A DNA stretch of 64,000 nucleotides. Origin: the human T2T-CHM13v2.0 reference genome, Homo sapiens. This document shows positions 39,021-50,850 of this stretch, one piece after another (position 1 is the stretch's first letter; every line of letters starts with the position of its first letter). The position numbers were made by a program, and so were the translations under genes. The notes below the pieces were generated by a model. That model was not told the origin of the DNA. It did not search any database and saw only the letters and a program-made list of their open reading frames with translations. The stretch is taken from NCBI RefSeq assembly GCF_009914755.1, contig NC_060935.1; one strand, 5' to 3'.

Positions 39021-41284
39021 AACAATACTGATGCCTAGCTCTCAGTCACAAAGATTCTGATTTAATTGGTTTAGGTGGGGCCTTGGCATCTGTAAATATT
39101 AAAAACATCACCTATGATTCTATTGTACAGCCAGGGTTGGTTCTGTGATTTTAGATCATTATAACTGCCCTGGGCCAGGTAGTTTGGGAGAAACCTCCCG
39201 CACTTTTTAACTAGAGCAAAAGGGGATCACCCACACAAGAGCTGCTGCTCATGCATGCAAAGTGCTCCAGTCAATCACCTCAGTGTTCAAGGCTCAGACC
39301 TGGCCTCTAGAAGATGGAGCTACTTGGCCTTTCACAGAGCATGAGCCCCCTCCATCCCTGCCATCTATCCATCTACTCCAGCTGGCTTAATGCCCTCTTG
39401 AGACTCCATTTTCCCTTCAAAGCTTCCTCTGGTGAGCATGTCAATGATATGTAAACTATATAAAGATGTCAGTGTGTATGTGTAGAAATAGTGTGACTTG
39501 CTCCAGGCAGACATCTCCTAATAACACCTGTCGGTATACCTTGGGCAGGATAAGACACTGACATCAGCTGCTTAAAGGCAGCAAACTGCAGATCCCGAAT
39601 CCTGAAATGTGGAGGAGAAATGCTCCCCACTCTGGTGGTCCCAGTGATGGCAGCAAAACTTGACCAATAGGGGGCTGCCCCTTTTGGTAAATGGTCTTTC
39701 TACTCCACCCTGAGACACAGCGAGAAAGATCTTGTTACAAATTCTACTCCACTTCTTAGTAAGTTAAGCTAGTCACTTAAGCTCGTTTTCCCTTTATTTC
39801 CTCACTTCTAAAATAGAGATAACATAATCTTCCTTGTTTACCATAACAGGGTTATTGTGGGGATCAAATGAGAAAATGAATGTGATCATGCCCTATAAAC
39901 ACAAAGGCATTATTATGTACCATGATTATCCTAGTGTTTTATAGAAGGGAGCAGTAAAGGCATAGACTCACTTGGTGGGAAACTGGATGAGCCTCCTGGA
40001 GTCTGAGTGGGTGTGAGGAATGACATCATTGCAGTCTCCAGAAACTGGACTTGCTGTTTCCATGACTTGAGTAATATCATAATCATGATGATAAGGATAT
40101 CTACAAAGAATTGTACACTTAGGTCTAGACACTGTAATAAATTGTACATCTATTTTTTTCTGAGCTTACAGAGGAGGGCACTGAGGCTTAGAGAGGTTAA
40201 CTACCTTGTCCAGAGTCACACAGCCAGTAACTGGACTTGGGTCTTGACATACCAAAGTCCTGCTCCAGAACCCACAGCAATAACCAAATGAGCCTTCTCC
40301 TACAAGGGAATGACTCTCAGCTCAGTATTTTAATAAATGACTTAGGTGCTTTTTGCAGGTATTCTCAATCTCAAAGCAGGCAAAGCTCTGCTAGGAGACA
40401 GGTGCTTTGTTCTAGAATTTTCTGTGCTATCTGAATATGACAGAGGGTGTTTATGATTGAGTTTTCCATGCAGATGTTTTTCCTTAGCTTCTAAAAACAA
40501 ACCTAGTGAAATAAGAGTAGGGTTATCAGGTAGGTTGCAGAACCTAGGGTGATCTGCCTTGTAGAGTTTGTGGTTAATATTCATTTGTTGAACCTTCATG
40601 CCCACCAGCCTGTATATTAGGCACAAAGAGTAGACCAAAAACATAGTCATGTACCTGCTACTACAGTGCTTGTACCAAATGCCTACATACTGTGGCTGGG
40701 GAGGTTAGAAGACTGATAAGCAAATAATATGGTAGACAAAGAACTAATGTCCTTAATATATACATAGAGCTCACAAAAATGCCTAAGAAGAATGCTTTCA
40801 CCATTGTGTTGTTGTTATATAAAGTCACAGTTTATCTTTTTGAAGAGAATGAGTTTATAGAAAGGCAGATTAGGAATGCAATCTTTCCCATGTGACATCC
40901 TTTCTTTATATGTATTTTTATTGTCAGAAAAATAATTTCATGGGCAAAGGGTTTCAAAATATGAGTTCTCATTTTGAGAAGGGAAAATGCGAAGTTGCTA
41001 CAAAAAAACTTATCTTTAAGAAAGAATTCAGATTTATAAATGCATTCAGCCACTCTGACTAGAGGTGAGGTTGTAGAATGGGGGTGTCTTATCTGTTGCA
41101 CTCCCTGGCCTGAAATACCATTTCAGTGCTCAACTCCTGGCTTCCCTGAGTAATTCCAGCCCCCATTTGAGAGGTTTGATTTCATAGGACTGTGGAGAGT
41201 CTCTTTCAGGAAAACAAAGATCGAGCAATGCTGATCACAAGCTGCTGGAGCTGGATCCCCTCTAAGGGGCATGCCCAGGGAGTC

Positions 41285-41900
41285 TCATAGCCCTGCCAGT
41301 TTGACAGCAAAATGGTACAGACAGGAAACCTGCACTCTCTCTTGCTCAGGCTGATCCTGGTTAATGTCCAATGTTCCTTTGAGAAGGATCAAGGACTCTG
41401 GGTCTACTGGCAGCCTGAACTGCCTCCTGCAGCTCTCTTTGCTCCCGTCATCCTCGGTCTGTTTAACCAACTTCCCAGAAACCATCCATTGATCTTCCAG
41501 TACGTTGGTCAGTGGAGATGAGATTGAGTCAGATGAGGAACCCATCCTTGAGGAACTCGTGATCAAGTTGTCCCTCTGTTTGATCAGTCTTTCAAGTGTC
41601 CTTGCCTTCTAGCTTCTTTTCTTCTACATTCCCAGAGCAATGTGGCCCTGGAGAATGATTCATTTAGTACCAGCTACTGCATTGTGTGGTGAGAAGGGAG
41701 AGGATATAGGAAAAATGCTTCTGTAATAGCTGCTATGATGCCATTGGTGTTGTTGGCAGTCACCACCCTCCTTCCTAACTCTACTGGCAGGCTGTGGAGG
41801 CAGGCTGTGATGTCCAGCTGCAGATTTCTGATACTGTCAAAAGTGCTCACATCCCACAGCCCCTTGAGCTGTATTATTCCTTGGAGAAGAGTTCCACACA
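41285..41900 (-). pseudogene. Candidate decayed small heat-shock protein (alpha-crystallin domain, Hsp30/HSPB9-like) gene remnant
   Basis: KDGFLI*LNL (starting at 41549, running toward lower coordinates), frameshift, then LTNVLEDQWMVSGKLVKQTEDDGSKESCRRQFRLPVDPESLILLKGTLDINQDQPEQERVQVS. Motif order matches ACD beta3-beta9 plus an IxI-type VQV. 5' boundary uncertain. Confidence 0.5.
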
Positions 41901-41992
41901 GCTCCACTCAGGGCTCCAACTCCAAGCCGTGGGTTGGACAAAGAAGACAGGGGAGGTGATCTAATCACCAACACACATCTCTCTGCAGTACA

Positions 41993-41998
41993 TTTATA
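41993..41998 (-). promoter_or_regulatory. TATAAA upstream of the candidate sHSP remnant
   Basis: tttata on the + strand, oriented toward the remnant. Confidence 0.3.
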
Positions 41999-42649
41999 GA
42001 AGACTCGTAAAGTTACTCACTTTGAGAAATTAGATGCTGTGTAGATGTTGTCTCCAAATGCTAACATTATGTAAGGACATGACATTGCTTTCTTCACAAG
42101 GAAGAGGAAAAGCAATTTTCCTTGCTTGGCTCAGGTTGATCATGTGAGAAGAGCACAGAAAAAATCAACTATTAAATAGTGGGAAACTACGTCCATCACC
42201 ACTGAGGGAGATGGCGTTTTGAATATAATGAAAATGGAACTGATCAGTGAAGAAGCTCTCGGGCTCTGTCTAGATTGTGTTTTAGCAGGCCTTACCCCTG
42301 AAAACTATTTTATTTTTAATCTTCATCACACGAATACCCTTTCCCTTGAGTGAGTAGCATCATCAACTGCTTGGGCATTTCCCCAGATCGAGTCAGGCTT
42401 AGCTGGATGGGCATAAACACTGTGGACATGACTAAGCTTAATTCCATTACATGAATTGCTTGCAAAAAATAGACGAATCCCCTTAGGACCTGAATAAGGA
42501 GTTTCCCAAAGTTGTGAGGCCCTGAGTGGACCTCTCCCTGCTATGTTTTCCTCAGAGCGCTGATCTGGGACCTGAGAAACAGGGTGCACCTGTTAATGTG
42601 GTTTCTCCTCCCTGCCCCACTAAGTCACAGAGCCTGACATGCTGTTGCT

Positions 42650-44245
42650 CTAGTAGCTACTCTGCCACTCTCAGTCATCACACTTCTGACATGTCACTTG
42701 TCACTGGTACTGATGAGTGCTTCAGATTCAGTAGCAAGCATGGCAGGGCCAGTGGCAGGAGGATGGAGGTTGTGGACCATCATGTGCGTGGACCATGGTA
42801 TGATCTGTCTTCACCACTAAACTGGAAAATGAAGAAGATGATGATGGAAATTTTCCTGTGGATATGAGATGGGTGGGGACACAGACGGAGCCCTTTTGGA
42901 CCAAGGACATGGAAGCAAGAAGGAAGGCCTGTCCTTCCACAGGCATTCTTGCCATGACTCCATGGATTCATCTCTCCCTAGGAATGCTGTCATGATTTCC
43001 AAGATCCTTCGCATCCTAGGAGTGATCAGCAAAACTACTCAGACCTGTCTGCCCTGAAGAGCATCCACTATGAACCTCCAGACCCATCAGTCTAGGAGGG
43101 CTATTGACTCCTTAGAAGCAGTGCAAAGTAGGAGAGCACATCGGCACTCTCCAGGTGCATCTCTTGCTGGAGAAATAATCATGACTTCCCAGATCTATTC
43201 CCCCCTCCCTCCCTCAGGAAGACCTATCTTAACTCTCCAGCAGAGACATCTCCATCCAGCAGGACCTTCCATGATTTTCCAGGTTGGCTTCCAATATCTA
43301 TCACTTTCTACCCAGAATAAAAATGAGCAAGATATGAAAAAGAGCCTCCAGCAAGTCTTTTCCACATTGGAAGAGCCAGGAACCTCTCATTTGTTCCAAA
43401 AAGCAGCAAATAGAAATACAATTCAGACCTCTCTCCACCATGAAAAAAAAGCAAACAAAATCCCATTCTGAAAGTAAGAAGTAGCATGCCTTCCAAGCCT
43501 CTTTCCCCAGCCATAGCAAACTTCAGATAAGCTCTTTGTCTAGAAGTCACACTCTGGATCTCCTTACCACCAGAGTGGGTACAGGAAGTCCTCTGACTCA
43601 GATCCGTCTCTCTGTGGAATAGACCTTGGCCAAGGAGCTCTGATTCTGGAGACGGGGGAGCAGCTCTTCTGATTCCAATCTGACCCTGCTCCAGATGGGT
43701 CAAGTTCCTGCAGATAAGGCTAAGTACTTGCTTTCCTGGGCCCAAACTGACATGCAGTGAAAACCTTAGGAGCTTAGGTGAGCCAAAGAAACCACAGAGT
43801 TTGAAGTTGAATTCCAAATGCCAAAGCCATATTTTAGTAACTTTAAACTGGATTATTTAGACCAAAGGAGAAATGCAGAGAAGATGAGGAGTCCCCCCAG
43901 TGGGGAAAGGGGCTGGCACAGAGCCAGCCAGAACAATAGAGTATGGAGGTGCCGAAGCCCCTGGATGGCTGTGTGGATGAACACTTGCACTGAATGCTCA
44001 GAGGACAGGAGAGAGGAATCCCATGGCCAAATTGATTGAGAAGAATTAGCCTAAGGAGATCAGAGATAAGAAAGTGAGGACTCACTGCAGTGGTCTGGCA
44101 CCTCCTTCCAACGGATTCAATATCTGGCTGGGACACCGCAAGGATGGAGAGAACAGATCCAGTGTGTTTGACCCAAGGCAATTTGCAGGCGTGCAAGCAA
44201 GAAGACAGTCACTGTTGTGACTGAACGTATGAGCATGGGGGATGG
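42650..44245 (+). pseudogene. BUD13P1: BUD13 processed pseudogene (probably the annotated BUD13P1), heavily decayed
   Basis: Intronless, colinear fragments with many stops and frameshifts. KHGRASGRRMEVVDHHV and TTKLENEEDDDGNFPV match BUD13 KPGGAGGKGMRIVDDDV and TTKLEKEEEEDDGDLPV. RHSCHDSMDSS matches RHFRHDTPDSS. QWGKGLAQS...NPMAKLIEKN*PKEIRDKKVRTHCSGLAPPSNGFNIWLGHRKDGENRS matches the Bud13 C-terminal domain. Confidence 0.9.
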
Positions 44246-47200
44246 ACCTTCAGCTGCTACATCTATCTTGACTAACAATCAGGGCTTACCCAGATCAGCA
44301 GCAACTTGTTGGGCACCAACTTTGGTCCTAGGAGGATTTGGGGCTGGAAATTCTAATTAGGGGCACCATGAACTTCTCAGCTATTCTAATATAGAGGAAA
44401 CACTGGTTTTTCAGTACCCTGAGGACATCTAGAGTTTATTCTGCTTAGAGTTTTTCTCTATTTTACTTTTCTTTCTGTAGCTGAACATATCCATATTTAT
44501 TAGAAAAAGTGCAAAGCCCCTTAATTTGTACTTCTAGCATTAATAAGCGGGTAGAGGCAAGACCAGAACTGGGGAGTGTTCTCTTCCTTAGACAGCAATC
44601 AGCAGCTCAGACAGCATCTCTGGCAGTTGGCTGTAAAGACCACTGACATCAACAAGATCCCACATTTTATGAGCAATAACTTGGGTTCAAAAAATGCAAG
44701 TTTATAGCAAGAAGGTGAGTTACGTAACACATACTCAAGGAAAAAAGCAAACAAAATTGGTCAAAGATAAGCCAAAAGGAATACATCCCAGCCAATGCCG
44801 GACAAGATGGAGATGAAGAAGAATCTCTTTGGGCTATAAAATGACTAAGCAGAGAAATTTGGAGGCGAATGGCAGAGCCTCCTCCTCTTCCAGATTGACT
44901 GTTTAGAGGTTGACAGGGGCATCATGCCCTGCCATTGCTTCATTTCTGCTTAGAGACAGTATTAAAAGTTCCTGGACAGGTGCCAAAAGTACCGTTGACA
45001 TGCAATGAGTCTCACAAGACCATCACCTTCAGGGTGTTGAGCAGAGAAGCTGACCAGGCAAGTTTCAAACACACTGGAACAGTTTCTCTCCACTTCCACT
45101 TCAAGAGGGTGGCACCACCACCAGACCTCCTGGCATGAAGAGGCTCCACTCCTACTGAGAAATAGTTTTCCTCCTTGGCCATCACTGCCTTACATTTTTG
45201 CCGCCACCCTCACATGTGGTCCTACACCCTCAGAGCCCTGAGCTACTCTTACTCTGTTGTGTCTGCAGCTCTCTGGTTCTAATCCTGGCACCAGGAATCC
45301 ACCACCAACTTCCGGGGTCTACTACCAATTTCTAGTGTTTGCCTTTCATTGCTGATTTTCATATCCAGGCCCAGAAGTTCACCCACCAACCATTGCAATT
45401 TGCCCCCAGGTCCCAGGGGTCCAGCAGCTTCTGGATTCACCCCAGCCTCTTAGGTTGCACCCAGTGACCCAAGAGTACACACTGATTCTCAACTCCCCAT
45501 TCCTCCTCTTTTTCCAAATGAAAAGCTCTACCCTTTTCCCCCTCAAGCTTTATTTTTTCTTCTAATTTCCCATCTTTTTCTCCATAGGGAAGTTTTGGTG
45601 ATTTTGTATAGGGGCCTGTACTGTCCCCAGAGTTGATTAAATAGATTCTACCCCCCACCCCATGATATGAATACACTGTTGCAACAAAAACTATACTAAG
45701 CTGCTAAATGAAAGAGCCCTGTACTCTACTGTTTTGTAATAAACTACAGTTACAGCCCTGCAGAGAAACATTAATACAAACAAGGAATAAGTTTCAAATA
45801 AGAAAGAGGAGAATAAAGAGGAGAAATGATTAAAGGGAAACTGAGCAATGAAGCAAACTTTTGTCTATCCATGCAAATTCTCCTGCTCCCAGTACCTTGT
45901 GAGTTGTAGATGACGCTCCTCAGCAGGTTAGGCTGAGAATAAAGGGCCCAATTCAGATGACTCCTCTGCTCTGGTGAGTTACCTCCTCTGTTTCTTAAAA
46001 GGAGAAAACTAGAGCTTTCTCTGATGTGACACCAAACTTATGTTTATTTTTTAAAATTGAAATTCTAACCCTTATATTTGTGTGAAACCCATGGTTTGTG
46101 AAACATTTTTAAAAACAATTTTAAGAAGCCATAAAACATGGCTGCATGTGGGAAACTATGATAGCTAATAACCGTAGCAGCTGCCAACTACTTGGCTGTA
46201 AAGGACTCGAACTCCAGCGTTTTTTTGTTTGTTTGTTTGTTGGCTGATTTTACTTGCCTATTAAACACTCAGCCTATTAAAAACTTAGCGTTGCTCATGA
46301 AACTTGAGAAAGCAGATTACACTGCTAATTTTCCCTGATGTAGTTGTGTGAAATAAATTTGAATTAAATGAATCTCTGGCATTTTTCTGAACCCACACAA
46401 AAAGAAATGCATTTTTTTGGTGGCTGTTTTCTTCTTCTTCTCTCTCTCTCTTTTGTTTTGTTTTATTTTGGTGCCTCTAGGAGCTGGGGCCTCAATGATG
46501 AACAAGATCCAGGCATTGGCCTTAAAGAGCCCACAGGCTGGTGTTCAAGATCCAGGCAAACCCCTCCTTCCTTGACAAGGGTCAGCTTTGAGCAAAGATG
46601 GGTAAGTGGATGTGTAAACAGCCAACTTAGGTATATGGAGCAAGAAGGCAAAGAGCTGGAGAACTGCCACTCAGAATACAAGTTGATGCACAGAAAATAT
46701 ATCAGCAGAATCCAGAGCACCAGGAAGCTGAATCAGCAGAGCTGGCCGATAGTGAGATGACTCACCCCATTCCATGCAGGGGAAATGCATCTGTCTTCTT
46801 CGTATCCTCTCTCCCTGCACATATGACACTGAGCAGAAACTCTTCATGTGTTTGCCTCTGGCCCTGGGCTGTGTCTTAGTTATCTTTCTATCCCACTTCC
46901 TGACATTACCATCTACCACACTTTCTGGTGCGGAGCGAGGCTTAATAAATAATAGTTGTATTAAACAAGCATTCAAGAAGAAATGTCCTCACTAAGTGGG
47001 AGGTTGAACTAGAATAGCTCCCAAATTCTGTTCTACTTGGAGATTCTATGATTATGTAGACAGTCTGGCATGGGATAGGTGCCCACTAAATATTGATTCA
47101 GATGATGCCTGCTTAGTTTTGCAGTTATTTGTGCCCATGTTTTATCTCCCCATATAATCAGCTTACTTTTTTCTGCAACCGTATTAATTATTTACGAAGC

Positions 47201-47260
47201 ACATTAGTAATCAGTTTGCATGCATTGTCTTCCTTGATTTCACATAACCCTAGGAGCTAG

Positions 47261-47798
47261 TGATTTAGTTTCTATTGCTGCATAACAAACCACTCCATAA
47301 CTTAATGGCTTAAAACAACCATTTATTATTATCTGTCTTGGTTTGTATACTAACTGGGCTCAGTTTATTCCCATTCTTTTTGGGGTCCCAGATGTGGGCT
47401 GGTGCTGCAGTCTTCAGAAGGCCCAAAGGTGCTGGATGTCAGGAGAGCTCACTCGGTGGGCAGTTGATGCTTGCTGTTGGCTGGGACTGTTAGCCAGAGC
47501 ACCTACACATGGCTTTCCAAGTGTTCAGGCTTCTCACAGTATGGTGGCTGGGTTGGAAGAGGGAACATCCCAAAAGACTCACACAGAATGACTTAGCTTG
47601 TATGAACTAGCCTTGGAAGTCCCAGACCATCACTTTTGCCACATTCCAATGCCCAAGTAAGTCCCTGAGGCCAGCCCAGATGCAAAAGAAGGGGAATTAG
47701 ATTTCATCTGTTGATGGAGGAATGGCAAGGTCATTTCTGAAGAGCAGCTGAGATGGAAAGTATTTTGTAGGCATTTATGGAAAATGCCATCTGCCACA
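47261..47798. mobile_element. MLT1 (H/G-like) MaLR solo LTR
   Basis: ttctattgctgcataacaaaccac...aacttaatggcttaaaacaac...ggaaaatgccatctgccaca. Confidence 0.75.
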
Positions 47799-48557
47799 GT
47801 AGTTACTATTAATATCTCTTTCTACACAGGAGAAAATTTCACAATGACCTAGCTAAGTTATATGATTAACCTGCTTGTTCAAGATCAGCCAGATCCAGAT
47901 GTCATCTAATTTAGTAACCATTGTACTTCACTTAGGATAGTGTTCTAAAACTTTAATAAGGAAGGAGTCACCCCTTTCAAAAATGCAGTATTAGTATCAA
48001 GAATATGAAAACATAAATTCTAGTAAAATTTATAAAGTAGAAATATAAATTCTAGTAACACTTGGGATGCCATGTTCAATAAATATTACTGAAGGAGGAG
48101 CTAACATCTGCTGCACTGCTTCAGTGGTCCAGGCACTCATACACTATATATAAACTCACTTAATCCTCACAGTTATCTTTTCCCCCCAGATGAAAGTGAA
48201 CTTTAGAGGGATTAAATGCCTTGCCCCAAACCAAGTAACCACTTAGCGACAGAGCCAGGGTTTGAACACAGTCATGTCTCAGTCCACATTCCATGTGCTT
48301 TCCACTGAGCTCCATGTTACAGGTTGGGCTCCCCAGGAATCAGTCTCTGAGATGACAGTAGCATGCAGGAAGTTAGCAAAAAAGTGCTCAAGGGGAACAC
48401 ACGTGGGGAAGGGGAAAACTCAGGATTAGGCAAAGGAGAAGGTGGGCAGGTAGAACTAGAGCCAAGCAAATGCCAGCCAGCCTTTTTGGAGGGTTTGGGT
48501 GGATAACGGACAATGTCAAAAACAGCATTAATTTTCAATCCTGGGTGGTGGAAAGAC

Positions 48558-48667
48558 TATATATATGTATGTATATATGTATGTATGTATGTATGTGTAT
48601 GTGTGTATGTATGTGTGTATGTATGTGTGTGTATGTATGTATGTATGTATGTATATGTATGTGTGTA

Positions 48668-48698
<31 letters not shown>

Positions 48699-48715
48699 GT
48701 ATGTATGTATGTGTA
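48558..48715. repeat. Compound (TATG/TGTG/TA)n microsatellite
   Basis: Directly visible. Confidence 0.95.
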
Positions 48716-48999
48716 ATTTCTCTATGTCAGACACTGCTGGGTTTGTGCTCCCCTCTATAATCTACTGATTGTGGGACTTCACACGAGGTACAAAACATAA
48801 GTGACCTAATAAGCCCTCTAGACAGGGCTTCAGGGAGGAGCCAAGGCTGGCACATAGTCAGAGGGCAGGAAAAGTTCCACTCCCTCCGTGTGATTAGGAG
48901 GGCTGCTTTGTTTTCTTCCCAGGCAGAGACCTCAAAGAAAAGTGTGACTTGTGGCAATCATTGGAATGCTCTAACGGGAGGGAGCCCTAAGCTAAGGGG

Positions 49000-49561
49000 A
49001 GGGGCTGTATCAGCCCCGGGAGGGCGAGGGACAAAGGGGCATTGTTTCCCTGGAGGGCAGGCTGGGGCAAGGCTGACTCCACTGCCGGCCTGGGCGTGGG
49101 CAGGTTTGCTCCCGGGAGGAGAAGGCCTCCATCCTGGCCCACAATAGCCAACCCAAAACAGTTCTGGCAAAATTAAAAGACGCAGGAAAATGCCAGCGAC
49201 CGTTTATTTTCTCCTAGGGTAGATGGGGGAGAAAGCAGCTCCTTTTTCTGGGCTGAATGGAGTCTCAGGGAGGGGGCTAGGTGACAGCATCGCCCTTTCC
49301 TCTCCGGCTATTGCGCACCTTCTGGAGCCTCGCTCAGCCTGCTCCCTCCGGCGTAATACGCCAATGCTGCTACCCACAACGCACAGACCAGAAACCAGGA
49401 TAGACAGAAGCCTAGAATGGCCTGGCATCGAGCAGGCCCAGCGCAAACGCAAGGTCTCTTCCTCTCCTTTCGGTGAACCCCACGCCCAGTCCCGAGAGAG
49501 AGAGCGGATGCTCATTTCCGAAAGCTGGCAATCCTGCAGTGGCCACTGGAAAAATACATAT

Positions 49562-49610
<49 letters not shown>

Positions 49611-50850
49611 CGCACACAGTGCATATCGTGCCCATCTACAAGGAAACCTGGAGGCTCCACAAACAACTTTGAGTCCCGGGAGGGCGGAGGTGGAGAGAGA
49701 TTCTCCGCTTGGATAAGGGCGGCTGGATAGCCGAGTACTCTCTTTTGGGGCTGTTGGCCGTCTCCGGAGTCTCGGGAGCGCCTTGATGTCCCTTCCCAGG
49801 GCTCGGGTTCCTTTGAGAGAATCAAGAGGAAGGTGTTTTTCACTAGGACTCGCGGTGGGCCCCACCTGCCTACCGTGGCCGGCCGGGAGCTATTACAGCA
49901 GGGTCTGCCCGTCCGACGACGGCGGCTCCAATCTGGGGTCCCGCCGGCGCCGACCCCTCAGCTCTCTCCCGATACCTGCTGGCCTCTCTCATCTTTGGTG
50001 GCACTCGCCGCCACGGGGACGGTGAGATCAAAGAGGTAGACCTAGGCCAGGAGGGACTGCCAGGGCTCCTTCCCGCGGGCCAGCCTCTCGTCCTTCCTCC
50101 CGGGACGGGGCTCTTTCCCTTTCTCCGGATGCGGGCCTTTGAGAGTCAGCGACGCCTTAGACTCCTCCCAGAAAAATGCACCCTCATCTACCCAATTCTG
50201 CCCTACCCTTTGGAGCTCCTGGACCCTCTAACCGCTCGGTGGGGTCAGAGCCCACCCCCGGAAGGGCCGCTGGTCGGGGACTGGTTCGCCCTCTCCTGGC
50301 CTCCTCGGACCAGTGCGCGGGGAGGATCCCGCTAACGCCGGGCGCCTGCAGACCTTGAGCGGCCTCGCCCTGGTGACCTCCCCGGGAAAGGCTGGGCGGT
50401 GCTTCCACAATGAGGGCCACCTGTTAATTTGCACGAGAAAGTGCTGCCGAGGGCCCACACGTGCGAATCCACCTGTGGAGTGCGTCCCCTCTCTGGGGCC
50501 AAGGCCTAGGGGAGGCCGAAGCGGAGAAGTTGCCTGAAGACTGGGAAGTAAGAGTAGGGGCGTCGGAGGAATCGAAGTTGCAGTGACATCAGGCTCGGAC
50601 AGCCGGCGGACTCCTCGCAAGGTGATCGGATACTTCCGAGAGCCCCACAGTCCTCCTGGGCCTTTGCCCTCGCGTCTGGGATGCGCTCGGGCGCCCCCAG
50701 TCTGCGATGCGTTCGTACCTCCAGTAGGGTGACGTTTTCGCCGGGCCCCTCTGCGAACAGTCTCCGCCCTCCTCCACTGTGAGATATTTCACAGTTTCAC
50801 CCGCAGAGGGCAACCTTATTCCAAGTTCCCGAGCGCCCTAGGCCTCTTTC
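49000..50850. promoter_or_regulatory. CpG island, probable promoter of an intergenic lncRNA (from recall of the locus, LNCRNA-IUR/LOC101929295, running toward and antisense to SESN3)
   Basis: Sharp rise in GC and CpG density in non-repeat sequence; no credible CDS; candidate donor G|GTGAGA at 50022. The lncRNA name is recalled, not derived from the sequence. Confidence 0.75.
49554..49618. repeat. (GT)19(GC)6 alternating purine-pyrimidine tract, Z-DNA prone
   Basis: atacatatac(gt)19(gc)6acaca, uninterrupted alternation for 65 bp. Confidence 0.95.

Noticed and set aside
41674-41907. ORF with LWDVSTF...GRRVVTA, reminiscent of a WD40 repeat
   Set aside because: Only one partial repeat, no GH dipeptide and no recognisable parent gene; more simply chance or the decayed 5' part of the sHSP-like remnant
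48470-49865. VCVC/HTHT-rich and GC-rich ORFs
   Set aside because: Microsatellite translations and stop-poor CpG-island sequence
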